Origin: Octopus sinensis
Taxonomy: Eukaryota
Direction of reading: 5' to 3'
NCBI RefSeq assembly: GCF_006345805.1
Contig: NW_021833747.1
Coordinates: 9,311 to 73,310 of the forward strand
Length of the DNA: 64,000 nucleotides
In this document: piece by piece, positions 51,975 to 64,000 of the stretch
Numbering within the stretch: position 1 is the first letter of the stretch
Layout of the letters: every line of letters begins with the position of its first letter
Program-made: the position numbers and the translations under genes
Notes under the pieces: generated by a model
The model's database searches: none
Seen by the model: only the letters and a program-made list of their open reading frames with translations
What the model was told of the DNA's origin: nothing

Positions 51975-54565
51975 ATATAATATATATATATATATCGATA
52001 TATTATATATATATATATTATATATATATATAGATATATATTATATATATATATGCGTATCATTGTTCTCGTATGCTTGTAGTGTCCTTGAATGAATGTG
52101 AGTCTGCAAATGACTGTCATCTGAGAAATAAAGTAAAAACAGCAAAAAGTTTAAAGCAACAATTCTTGAAGGATTATTGAAACTTTACTGATTCATATTG
52201 ATTTTCCTACTAATTAAACCTAACGTTCGCTTCTGCTGTGCGCAATTCCAAAACAGCGATGAAAAAGCGACGGCTGACATTTCCAGCTAACTGTATCTCT
52301 TCACATTTATGCCATGTGCAATATATGCTTTCTTTCAATATTGTACTAAACTTGAGTAGAGTTGCTTCGTAATCCAATTAGAACGGTTTTAAACGAAATC
52401 ACTGCACGTTTTATAATGATTTGCTTTCGAGAAATATCTGATGAGACACATAATGAGTTGTTTTACGCCATCTTGTCTGAATTATATCATTTTACACTGA
52501 TGAACGGGAATGAGAGAAATTTATGCCATCTTTTCGTCGTTCTGTATGTATGTTGGTTTCTTGCATGGAAATAAAACGGGCCTCTAAAGAGGACGTTGAA
52601 ATTACAGTGTGTAATTTTCATGTAGATTTTTTTTTCTTCTTCAGAGATATCGAGGAAGGGCCATCCTTGACCGTCAGGACTCACCTCTCTTCACGGCACA
52701 TAACACTTTTCATGAATATTGCATATAGGGGTTAGATAACATTGCAACGGACTTGATTAGAAATGGTTGTTAGTTTAAAGTAGTTGCTGGCGTTGTTACT
52801 GTTGTTGTTGTTGTTGTTGTTATTTTCACATCAGCCTTAACTGAGTGGACTAATGAACAAATTCACTCTGCTTGTGACAATCATTTCTCGTTGTTTTCAG
52901 TGTTATTCAATCCTAAATGGGAGTAGTTTTAAGGATATATGCGATATGTAGATTTGATTCTATTTCAACCCTCTCGACCGGACTCGTAACTTAATACTAA
53001 AATGAATGGCTGCTGAGCTCCATATTATCTCTGATCAGTCATATATGCCTACGACCTAAAACATTATTCGCATGGCTTGCTCACTATATTTTTTAAGCTC
53101 GATCTGTCCAAGAATAATACAACAACCAATGTTTCTCTCCTTTCTATATCAAGTTTTCATAATTTGAGTAAGATTTATCTACCAATTACATAAAGAGAAT
53201 GTGCGTTGTCTGGTGTTTAGGGTCTTTGCCTCACAAATATAAGACCAGGGTTCAGATTTTTGATCAAGCAGCGTGTTGTATCCCTGGGAAAGGCACTTCA
53301 TTTCATATTAGTCTAGTATCCTGAACTAAAAATTAGAACATGCTTAGTACTCGAGCAAAATTTTCTCTCTTCTGCTTTCTCTGTTGAATCAAAGGTTAGG
53401 CGTGTCGATAGGGTACCGTCATATGCTTACGACCACATTGCATCTGAAACAAATAACTGAAGGAAGGGGTAACAGAGACCTTCTTGACACATTCAAAGTG
53501 TTTACTTTGAGAATTAATTATTACTGATATGAATATTGTTACATTTTAGAATATTACTCTACAATTAACTACAGGTAAGCATAACTTTTACAGGGAGTCA
53601 AACGAAACAAATGAGTCCTTCTATCATTATTCTGTATTCGTAAAGTATTTAGGGAATAATATTGGTTTCAAATTTTGGTAAAAGGCCAGAAATTACGTCG
53701 ACGCTAGTGTTCAAATGATACTTATTTTATCGACCTGAAAAGATGAAAGGTAAAATCGACATAGGCAGAATTTGAACTCTGATCGTAAAACCGGACAAGA
53801 TTCCTCTAAGGATTTTGCTCGGCGTGCTATCGATTCTGCCAGCTCACCATCTTATTAAAAAGGGACCAGCAAGTGACTTTTCTGTAGTGGCATGCTGGTT
53901 ACTATAGAGAATAATATTAGCTGTGGCATTTGAAATGTTTCCTCAAAAAAAAAAGAGTATTTAATCAAGCAGCTACCTATTATCACAGTGCTTTGAAAAA
54001 GAGTGCTATTGCTTGTAAAACCCGAGAAATCATAGAACATTGTGCAATCGTAATATGATCACGTTTTCTTCTCCCAACTACTTGGATGTAGCATACAATA
54101 TTACTAACATTTTCTTAAGTTTTGTAAAGAGATGTAACTAAATTTGTTATTAACATAAATATTACTTACTTCTGTACTGGTAATCTATAAAATTCCGTGA
54201 GAAGAAATTGCAACGGCAACCTTATGTTATTTAAGCAACCCATTTAATAATTGCCAATATTGAAAAAAGCAGCGTTAAATAATGTCCATGTAAAATATGT
54301 GTAAGTAAAGAGTCATTATATTAAGCTATTATAAAATTGGTAGACTAAGGTGCAACGGTGAATAAGTAATACGAAAATATTTTCTAATCCCTTGTTTTCA
54401 TACATACGGACAGACAGGCACACACACATACACACACACACAGAGGCAAACATATATACTTTCTTTTGGTTTTTATTCTTTTACATGTTTCTGTCATTTC
54501 ACTGTGTCCATGCCTGAGGGCACCATCTTGCGGAATAGTCGAACTATTCGACCCCATATATATAC

Positions 54566-54618
<53 letters not shown>

Positions 54619-54670
54619 TATGTGTGTGTGTGTGTGTGTGAGTATATATATATATATATATGTATATTAT

Positions 54671-54874
54671 TAGAGACGCGAAACCACTATTATGCAAATC
54701 AAACAAAGAAAGACTTAATCCAATACATAAAATTTTTTATATAAATTAAATAAAATTAATATATCCACTACGATCGTAGTGGATATATTAATTTTATTTA
54801 ATTTATATAAAAATTTTTATGTATTGGATTAAGTCTTTCTTTGTTTGATTTGCATAATAGTGGTTTCGTCTCTA
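54671..54874. repeat. Spacer-less ~200-bp palindrome, duplicated at ~55210-55430
   Basis: Centre ccactacga|tcgtagtgg at 54773/54774 and 55321/55322; arms near-perfect. Confidence 0.92.
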
Positions 54875-55020
54875 ATTAATATATATTATATTTTACTATA
54901 AAATTGGATTCAATCTAATCTGATTTTTCCCTGTAAATTTGGATTTATTCCCTAATATTTATTATTATTATTATTATATGTTATATATATATATAGTATA
55001 TATATATATATATATATATA

Positions 55021-55062
<42 letters not shown>

Positions 55063-55077
55063 AATATATATATTATA

Positions 55078-55138
<61 letters not shown>

Positions 55139-55565
55139 GTATATATATGTGTGTGTGTGTGTGTGTGTAGTAGTATATATATATATATATATAATATATA
55201 TATATATGTAATATTAATTAGAGACGAAACCACTATTATGCAAATCAAACAAAGAAAGACGTACTAATCCAATACATAAAATTTTTTTATATAAATTAAA
55301 TAAATTAAATATCCACTACGATCGTAGTGGATATATAATTTTATTTATTTATATAAAAATTTTTATGTATTGGATTAAGTCTTTCTTTGTTTGATTTGCA
55401 TAATAGTGGTTTCGTCTCTATTAATATTATATTATATTTTACTATAAAATTGGATTCAATCCTAATCTGATTTTTCCCTGTAAATTTGGATTTATTCCCT
55501 AATATTTATTATTATTATTATTATAATATGTTATATTATATATGTTATATATATATAATATATAT

Positions 55566-55597
<32 letters not shown>

Positions 55598-57479
55598 ATA
55601 TATATGTATATATATATATATGTATATATATGTATATATAATATATATATATATTGTGTGTGTGTGTTGTGTGTGTGTGTGGTGTGTGTGTGTGTGTGTA
55701 AATATATATATAGCACTGCTTGACAACCAGTTCTAGTATTCTTTAATCTTCTGCAACTTAGATGTTCGACAAAAGTGACTGATAAAATGAATACCAGTCT
55801 TAATATAACTACCGGGCTCGATTTGTAAGACTAATCCTTCCATTTTCCTAACACATTTGATAATTCAGTCTTAGTTATGTTATGCCTGAAAAATAACAGA
55901 ATAGTTAACGCTACAATGTTTTTAATTATATCTAGATCAAATAACAGTGACCTGAGAAAATATTTTGTAAGAAGACTATCGGCTTGTTAATATTACAGAG
56001 AAATATGTTCAGATAACCGTGAATAGCAGTGAAACTACAATAGGCGATGTCTTGTAAGATAAGAACAGATAACGAAGCAACGCCATCACTATACTTAGTA
56101 TCACAAGGATGGGATACTGCATAAACAGGAAGCTAGTACTTGGATAGGAATCAATGACAAAAATTATGTAGTACTAGTGGCAGTGTAGAAATAATAAAGT
56201 AAATTAGAAACTTAGTGAATTATGTAGACATCGCCTCCATTTCTACCGAAGCCAACAGTATTAAACAGTACTTAGAGCAAACAGTACTACCGATCGGAGT
56301 CGATAAATTAAGTACCAGTTACACACTGGGGTCGATGTAATCGACTTAATCCCTTTGTCTGTTCTTGTTTGTCTCCTCTATGTTTAGCCCTTTGTGGGCA
56401 ATAAAGAAGTAAGAAATGCTATGAATACAATAGAAAAAAGAAGGAAGAGAGAGAGAGAGAGAGGAACAGTAGGAAAAATAACATGCTGTAACATAGAAAC
56501 GAAGAAAAACTATACATAATTATAACTAGTGATATATTAGTGATAGAAATGGTATTGGGTAGAACGAGCAATATTACAAGAACGACGACAACGGGGGCGA
56601 CGGTGTTGGTGGTAGCAGCGATGGTGGTGATGAGCTGATAACAGTGGTGGTGGTAGTGGTGCTGGTAATGATGATGCCAATGAAAGCGGTGATAGCCACG
56701 GCATTGTTGGTAAAGTCGATGACCATACAAGTACTGCCGCTGCGGTGACGACTTCTATGGCTACGATCACGGCTGCTGCTGTTAATGATGATGATGATGC
56801 TGATGCTGATGATGATGATGATGATGATCATCATCATCATTGTTCAAGTTTTAAAAGATTTGGTGCCAAATTCTTGCAGGTGAAGAGACTAGACGGATTC
56901 GCTTCCTCGACAGTGATGATAATCACATTCTGATTTGTGAAGAAAAGAAATTACAAAAAAAAAAAAAAAAAAATAAAAAAATTAAAAATAAAAAACAACC
57001 CTTCCTCCATGAAACATTGATTTAATGATGCTTGTCATGGCACAGTATTTGTGTAGACCCTTCTAACAATGTTCCACTGTGGATTGGGAAAAAAGAAAAG
57101 TAATAAATTGATAATGATGCTCGGCTATATGAGCTTGGTTATGGTTTTCCTTCTAAACGTTAATAATATGGATATCTCTCTCCTTCTCTCCATCTCTCCC
57201 TCTTTCTATCTCTCTCCATCTTTCCGCTATTCAGTCTGTGTGTATATATGTTTGTGTGTGTCTGTATGTGTGTGAGAGTGCCAGTGTGTGCAAATATTCG
57301 TACGTATATGTTTAATAAACAACTATGTAACTACATACACACACACATAAAAACTATATATATATATATATGCATATATATGCATGTATAACTAACTATA
57401 TATATATATATATATACAAACATGTATGTATATATATATACATACATATATACATACACACACACATATATATATATAT

Positions 57480-57996
57480 ATGATATATACAAATAAGTTT
57501 ATATATATATGTATATATGCATATGTATATATATATATGAAATATACACGTACGGTTATATACTATATATGTATATATGTATGTGTATATATATATATAA
57601 GTATCTATCAATCTCTCTCTCTCTCTCTCAATATATATATATAATATATATATTATATATATATATACACGCATATATATATATACGCATATATACATAC
57701 ACACACACATATATATTACATATATGCATTTATACATGCACACATATTCTCACACAAACATATAAAAAGTATACTGTTAAATACACACACACGTGCACGC
57801 ACACACACACATACACGCACACACCACACACACATATATATATATATGATATATACAAATAAGTTTATATATATATGTATATATGCATATGTATATATAT
57901 ATGAAATATACACGTACGGTTATTACTATATAGTATATATGTATGTGTATATATATATAATAAGTATCTATCAATCTCTCTCTCTCTCTCTCTCTC

Positions 57997-58039
<43 letters not shown>

Positions 58040-58210
58040 GCATATATATATATACGCATATATACATACACACACAATATATATTACATATAGCATTTAT
58101 ACATGCACACATATTCTCACACAAACATTAAAAAGTATACTGTTAAATACACACACACGTGCACGCACACACACACATACACGCACACACACACACACAC
58201 ACATATATAT
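57480..58210 (+). repeat. ~365-bp tandem duplication of compound microsatellite DNA
   Basis: gatatatacaaataagttt...cacgtacggtta...aaaagtatactgttaaatac occurs twice. Confidence 0.8.
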
Positions 58211-58479
58211 ATACGAAAGAATATTATAAATGTACATGTGCGTATATATACATGTATGTCCCTGTGTATGTACATGTATATGTGTGTGTCTGGGTGTGTT
58301 TTTATATTTATTGCTATGAAAACCGAACGACAAATTGAAGTCGACCTTCACCAAGGAAAAACGTTAGTATTCTGGGGGGTGGGGGTTCCATTATAAAAGA
58401 ATAAATCTTTTAAACGTCTACCGTTATTTAGCGAAAGCTTTTAGAATACAAATTATTATAATCACCATTATCACCATCG

Positions 58480-58743
58480 TTATTATTATTATCATTATTA
58501 TTATTATTATTATCATTATTATTATTATTATATCATTATTAAATTTTATTTATTCTTATTATTATATTATTATTATTATTATTATTATCATTATTATGAT
58601 TATTATTATTATCATATTATTATTATTATTAGTATTATTATTATATCATTATTATTATTATTATTATCATTAATATTAGATTTACTATCATTATTATTAT
58701 CATTATTATTTTTATTATCATTATTATTATTATTATCCTTATT

Positions 58744-58774
<31 letters not shown>

Positions 58775-58798
58775 TCATTATTATTATTATTATTATCA

Positions 58799-58829
<31 letters not shown>

Positions 58830-59040
58830 TATCATTATTTTTTTATTATTACTATTACCATTATTTTTATTATTATTATTATTATCATTATTATTATTAT
58901 TATTATTATCATTATTATTATTATCATTATCATTATTATTATTACTATTATTAATATTATTATCATTATTATTATTATTATTATCATTATTATTATTATC
59001 ATTATTATTACTATTATTATTATTATTATTATGGGCATTA
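58480..59040 (+). repeat. (ATT/ATC)n degenerate microsatellite
   Basis: Directly visible. Confidence 0.95.
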
Positions 59041-59959
59041 TCATCGTTGTTATGATCATGTGATACACTGAATGGAGTGAAAAATGGTTGTGGGGAGAAA
59101 ATTGAATAAATAAATGTACAAATAACTAAATACATAAATATATACTAACAGTGTTTTTTGAGAATTACTCTACGTTGATAAGAACGATTTTCCCTCTGTT
59201 TATAAATTCATGGTAAGAAAAGAAGCATTTAAGCCCGAAAGAGTAAATATATTTATACATCATTCTCTAAATGTTTCTTTGCTTTATTTTTTTTCTTCTT
59301 ATTTCAAAGAAAATATATCAATAAATAAATACCCCGAACAAACGCTGCTTGACTTATTCGTTTGTCTTGAGCACCATTCGTCTATTATTCATTGCACACA
59401 TATTTTATTGGGTGTCCCTTTTATACGAAGCTCTAACGGTTTGTTATAAACATCGAGTCGCGTGTTGTGTGTTTACATGTTTAGTCGAAAAAAAAAAAGA
59501 GCAAAATGAGGCTTTATGTTCAACATTTTAAATACAGTGGATGTACTTCAGTTCAGGTTTGTCGATGTGTTTTGTTATTTATAATATTGCATCTACTATT
59601 AAGTTTATATTGATGCCATTTTGAGCGATTTTTGTTCAAGATTTTGGCGTTAATGTTTCTTTTTTTTTAAGGTTGGTTTATTTTATGCTATTTTCTTGAT
59701 GTCATAAATGAATATGGAAGTGAGCAAAAGGCTTTGCACGAGAGAATGAAATGTGTTTTGAGTGTGATGGGGGTAACAACGTGACTTTAAGTGGTATCTC
59801 TTCAAACATGTGTTAATGCAAGCATTTCAGTATACGGATATAGCTTCCAATGTGCTTATATATGTACGTACGTACGTATGTATATATGTATATATATATA
59901 TATATGTTTGTATGTATATATGTATCTATCTATCTATCTACATATATATATACATATAT

Positions 59960-59995
<36 letters not shown>

Positions 59996-60190
59996 GCATG
60001 TATGTATATGTATGTGTATGTGCGTGTTTGTAATGAATATATGTATAAAATATAATATACATGGTGTATGTATATTTCTATGTACATACATATAAAATAT
60101 AATATAATATATGTATATATATATACAGACACACCCATATATATAATGCATATATATAGACATATACATACATAATTATATATATATGTA

Positions 60191-60223
<33 letters not shown>

Positions 60224-61505
60224 GCATATGCATGAACGCAGAGAACGTAGAGAATGGAGAATGCAGACAAAGACACAATAGATCAAAGGCCTATAAAATA
60301 CAATCAAATCAACAACAAAATAATTTGGAAGGCAAGCATCTGCCACCTCCCCCCACTCACCATCCCCGATAAAGATTCCTCTAAAAGTTATATAAAATTG
60401 TGTTTATATATAGAAACAATTTGTGTATTGGGTTAGAAATGGGTGGATGTGGGCAAGCATTTTTATGGTAATGCTATTTCTAAAGTGCCTCAACACCACT
60501 ATTAAGAGATGGTAATATATTTGTATCAAACACCAGTTTGTTCATGGGAATTGTATGATAGAAAATAATGCGACAAATATGGTGGGAATGAAAGAGAACC
60601 TCAACAAACCCTGAACCGATATTCGACTGGACACAGGTTTTTGTTATAAAGTGCACTGATACGTCGTATTATGAGCTTAATTCGTTCCACGGCCGAGCTC
60701 GTCTTACGATTTACTCGTTTTATAAATGAATTTTCACCATTTAAATTAACTAAAATATTATTAATCCGTTCCAGCTGCGCAAAACCATTCAAAAATATAG
60801 TTTTGTAGGTTTTAAAACAGAAATTGTGTAGTTACAAGTAAAATGACAATTATAGAAAAGAGAATGAAAAAGAAATATGAAAACCGGTTTTAGCAACTGA
60901 ATTATCTTAAAAATGGGAAGATTTGTGTGCCCGTACTGCGGATTTCCGCTCGTACGTCAAGACAAAAATTCGCACATGTCTCAGCTCGTACAGGAAATTA
61001 CTCGTACAATGGTGCACTCGTACTACGAGGTTCTACTGTATAATAATTTTGCCCAGACAGAGCTTTGTGTATGTGTGTATACACTCATATATCTGTAAAA
61101 TATTTCATTAGAATTTATTAATTTTGAGAGAACGTGAAATAATTCTTCTTTCGAAATATTGCGTTTTCGGTGAAGGGTGTACGAAGCTAAAAACTTCCTT
61201 TCGAAATTTGGTACAAGACCAACAATGTATGTGGAAGGGTAAGTCGATTACATTGACCCCCTAGTTCTCAACTGATACTCAATTAAATTGACCCCCGAAA
61301 GCGATGAAATGCAAAGTTCACCTCGGCGGAATTTGAACTCAAAATGTAAAAGCTGGTAAAAAGTCACGAAGCATTTTCCCAGGGTGCTAACGATTTTGTC
61401 ACCTCGTCGGGTGCGTAAAGCTGTAGATATAAGGGTGTAAATATTTGCATATCATCTATAGGGTTATTGGATGTGCTTCGATACTCAATATTCCCAAATA
61501 GCATT

Positions 61506-61569
<64 letters not shown>

Positions 61570-61659
61570 TGTGTGTTTGTGTGCTTGTGCTTGTCCCCCC
61601 AACATCGCTTGACAACCGATGCTGGTGTGCTTACGTCCCCGTCACTGAGCGGTCCGTTA

Positions 61660-62830
61660 ATTCCGGACATTCCACAAATTCGTGCAAGGCCATCACCTCC
61701 CTTACATCAACTGTCCCGCCCGCACCTCGGTCATGTCGGCGAGACGGCACTCCCGTGCTTTGACAGTTTATCACGCACAGGTAATGCCGCACGGAAGCAC
61801 TTGGGCTTTTATTTCTGTTTCAAATCTGGCCTCTATTGTGCCATAAGTACAGCCCCTCGTTATATACTTTATGAATTCCCATATGGGAGCCAGACATTTT
61901 TCAATTTTGCACTGCTCAAAGAGCTTAAATTTCTTTGTTGAAGGACAATATGTTTTGCAAACAACTGTCCTTCTTTTCAATTTTTCAACACTAGGTGATG
62001 ATGATATTTTTATATCAACCCCCTCTTCTTTCATTTTTTCAAAGAGCTCTGAGAGCTTTTCCATTGGTAGTTCGACGTTTTCAGTAGCCACCGCGGTAAC
62101 TACTGAAAATTTCTTAACTCGCTCTTCCAGTGAAGTTTTCTCTGAAATTATTTCGACCGATATATTCGTTCGAAATAAATTTATACACAATTTAATTCCA
62201 GAAAATGGGAAACCTATAATTTTTTACTTTTTTTCCCTCTCAACGAGGACAACAGTTCAAATCCCACCCCCGCTGGGGGGTGAGACGTAGCAACAAAGCC
62301 TACAACGTTCGAAATTAAATTTTTTCACACAATAATAAAAATACCGTATCCTTAAAAATACGGGAAACCTATAATATTTTTTTTCCCTCACAACGAGGAC
62401 AACAGTTCAAATCTCACCCCCGCTAGGGGCGGGTGCCACAATAGACCCTACAACGGCTAAAATTTAATTTTTCACAAACTAATAAATTATCCCAAAAAAA
62501 CGGGAAACCTATAATATTTTTTTCCACTTAATGAGGATAACAGTTTAAATCCCACCCTCGCTGGGGGAGGGCACGACAATAAAGCCTACAACGGTTTTAA
62601 TAAGTTCAATATTTCAACAATTCACAACTGCAAAAATGGCTTTACACAAACAATTACTTTCTCCCGTCACCGGGAAAAAGCACAAAAATTTTCAAAGTTT
62701 CTAAGTTCAACAATGTTCAACAGTTCGAAAATGTTCAACAATAAACAGTCAACGATTCCAACAGAAAAAATTATCCAGCGTTCAACAAAACGTTTGACTC
62801 ACCGCCAAAAAATCACAGGTTAGCATTCTA
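61660..62830 (-). mobile_element. 5' portion of a second Tx1-like LINE: 5' UTR with tandem monomers and start of ORF1; 3'-truncated
   Basis: KIEKCLAPIWEFIKYITRGCTYGTIEARF aligns with KIDKCLRPVWDSKEYISWGNKFGTVQVRF in ORF1 of the 33805-39887 element; VEKLKRRTVVCKTY aligns with VENTQKKTIIYKV. Confidence 0.75.
62207..62596 (+). repeat. Three 140-155-bp tandem monomers in the LINE 5' UTR
   Basis: gggaaacctataat...gaggacaacagttcaaatcccacccccgct...cctacaacg at 62207, 62362, 62502. Confidence 0.85.
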
Positions 62831-63011
62831 CTTACAACACAGCCACTCCTGCGTCTAATCTCGAAAGTTAAAATACGTAGAGAATAGCCACAACTAAGGC
62901 TTATAACAGAATAAGAGAAAAAATTACAACATCTATAATTATGTAATTACTACGTTTACATATTTGTTTTGCAAGATTCTTGATGTGAAATCGTGTGTTG
63001 AAACAGATGTT

Positions 63012-63243
63012 GTATTTAAGAATGGTCATTTTGCCAGTTTAGCCAATAAAAACACGCGCACTATATATTTGGTGTTAATTTGCTTCACCTTTATTTATTT
63101 TTTACATTTATCTTAATCATATTTCGGCCATTAAAATTTAGATTAATGTAAAAAATAAATAAAGGTGAAGCAAATTAACACCAAATATATAATGCGTGTG
63201 TTTTTATTGCTAAACTGGCAACATGACCATTCCTAAATACAAT
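63012..63243. repeat. Inverted repeat, ~90-bp arms, ~45-bp spacer
   Basis: gtatttaagaatggtcat...tttacatt vs aatgtaaaa...atgaccattcctaaatac. Confidence 0.85.
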
Positions 63244-63326
63244 AATATATTTATATATATAATATATTATATATATATAGATATATATATATATATATTA
63301 TATATATATATTTATTATATAGAAGG

Positions 63327-63376
63327 AGCTTCTACAGGACTAGCACTGTTTCATTCAGAGAAATCTTCAGGAAGCT
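63327..63376 (-). ncRNA. Type I hammerhead candidate in a Penelope-type terminus
   Basis: Minus strand agcttc-CTGAAGA-tttctctgaat-GAAA-CAG(tgctagtc)CTG-TA-gaagct; 6-bp stem I, 4-bp stem III, GUA triplet, weak stem II. Confidence 0.6.
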
Positions 63377-64000
63377 AGTTAACAAGAATTGTATTGGCAT
63401 TTATACATTTAGGCAGGTTTAAGGGGTGGTGGTGGGGGACTTTTTGGGGTAGGCATAGCGCAAAATATCATACTTGGGGGTGGTCAAGGAGTCAGTGGTA
63501 AATTAGATAAAAGAATAAATAAAAAAAAAAAAAATAAATAAAAAATATATATATAAAAAAGAATAGAGTTTTAGGTAAATAAGAGATTCTCACTTATACC
63601 TATACACATATGTAATACATAGATAAAAGAAACCCACATACATATCATATACATACACACATACAATACACACACCATGATACATATATATATACACATA
63701 CACATAATATACATATCTACACAGACACACCTGCACACACAGCACACTAGTCCCTATATACACATATTACACATACGCACACATATATACATACACATAC
63801 ATAACACATACATATATAATATAATATATTATATAATATATCATTGTGTACCTATACATACCTACACATACCACATATATATCATACAAATACAGACCCA
63901 TCCCTAATTTTAATTTTATTATCTTCATTATTACTTTTGTTATCTTTGACCGCTGGTCCCAAGGATCTTGGCTATGACAGCAAGTTCATTTATCTGTCTA

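Noticed and set aside
60575-60800. STNPEPIFDWTQVFVIK resembling a C2-domain strand
   Set aside because: No credible splice acceptor, bounded by stops, adjacent to a transposon end.

Overview
Eukaryotic, AT-rich, repeat-saturated genomic DNA. The SINE families and microsatellite load point to an octopus (inference from recall, not a database match). I recognise no intact host gene, rRNA, true tRNA or CRISPR array; nearly all short ORFs in the track are translated microsatellites or SINEs. Contents: dozens of tRNA-derived SINEs (labelled A-E here); a near full-length Tx1/L1-clade LINE (minus, ~33805-39887) embedded in (GATA)n; the 5' part of a second Tx1-like family; 3' ends of two Dong/R4-type LINEs plus a non-coding element, all in (TAA)n; two Penelope-like elements and several Penelope-type termini with hammerhead ribozyme motifs; a Tc1 element with TIRs; a DD37D/maT remnant; a Gypsy integrase-PPT-LTR remnant; a non-autonomous Helitron; MITE-like and palindromic structures. 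The top candidate novelty is a ~354-nt terminally redundant, highly base-paired unit (45885-46297) carrying a type I hammerhead with a compensatory U3-A8 core, i.e. a retrozyme/circRNA-like element. Second is evidence that SINE-A inserts at GGTAT-like sites, including tRNA-like heads and its own head. Frameshifts in otherwise well-conserved ORFs and several near-identical tandem duplications may be long-read assembly errors. Coordinates were counted by eye; SINE boundaries are approximate.
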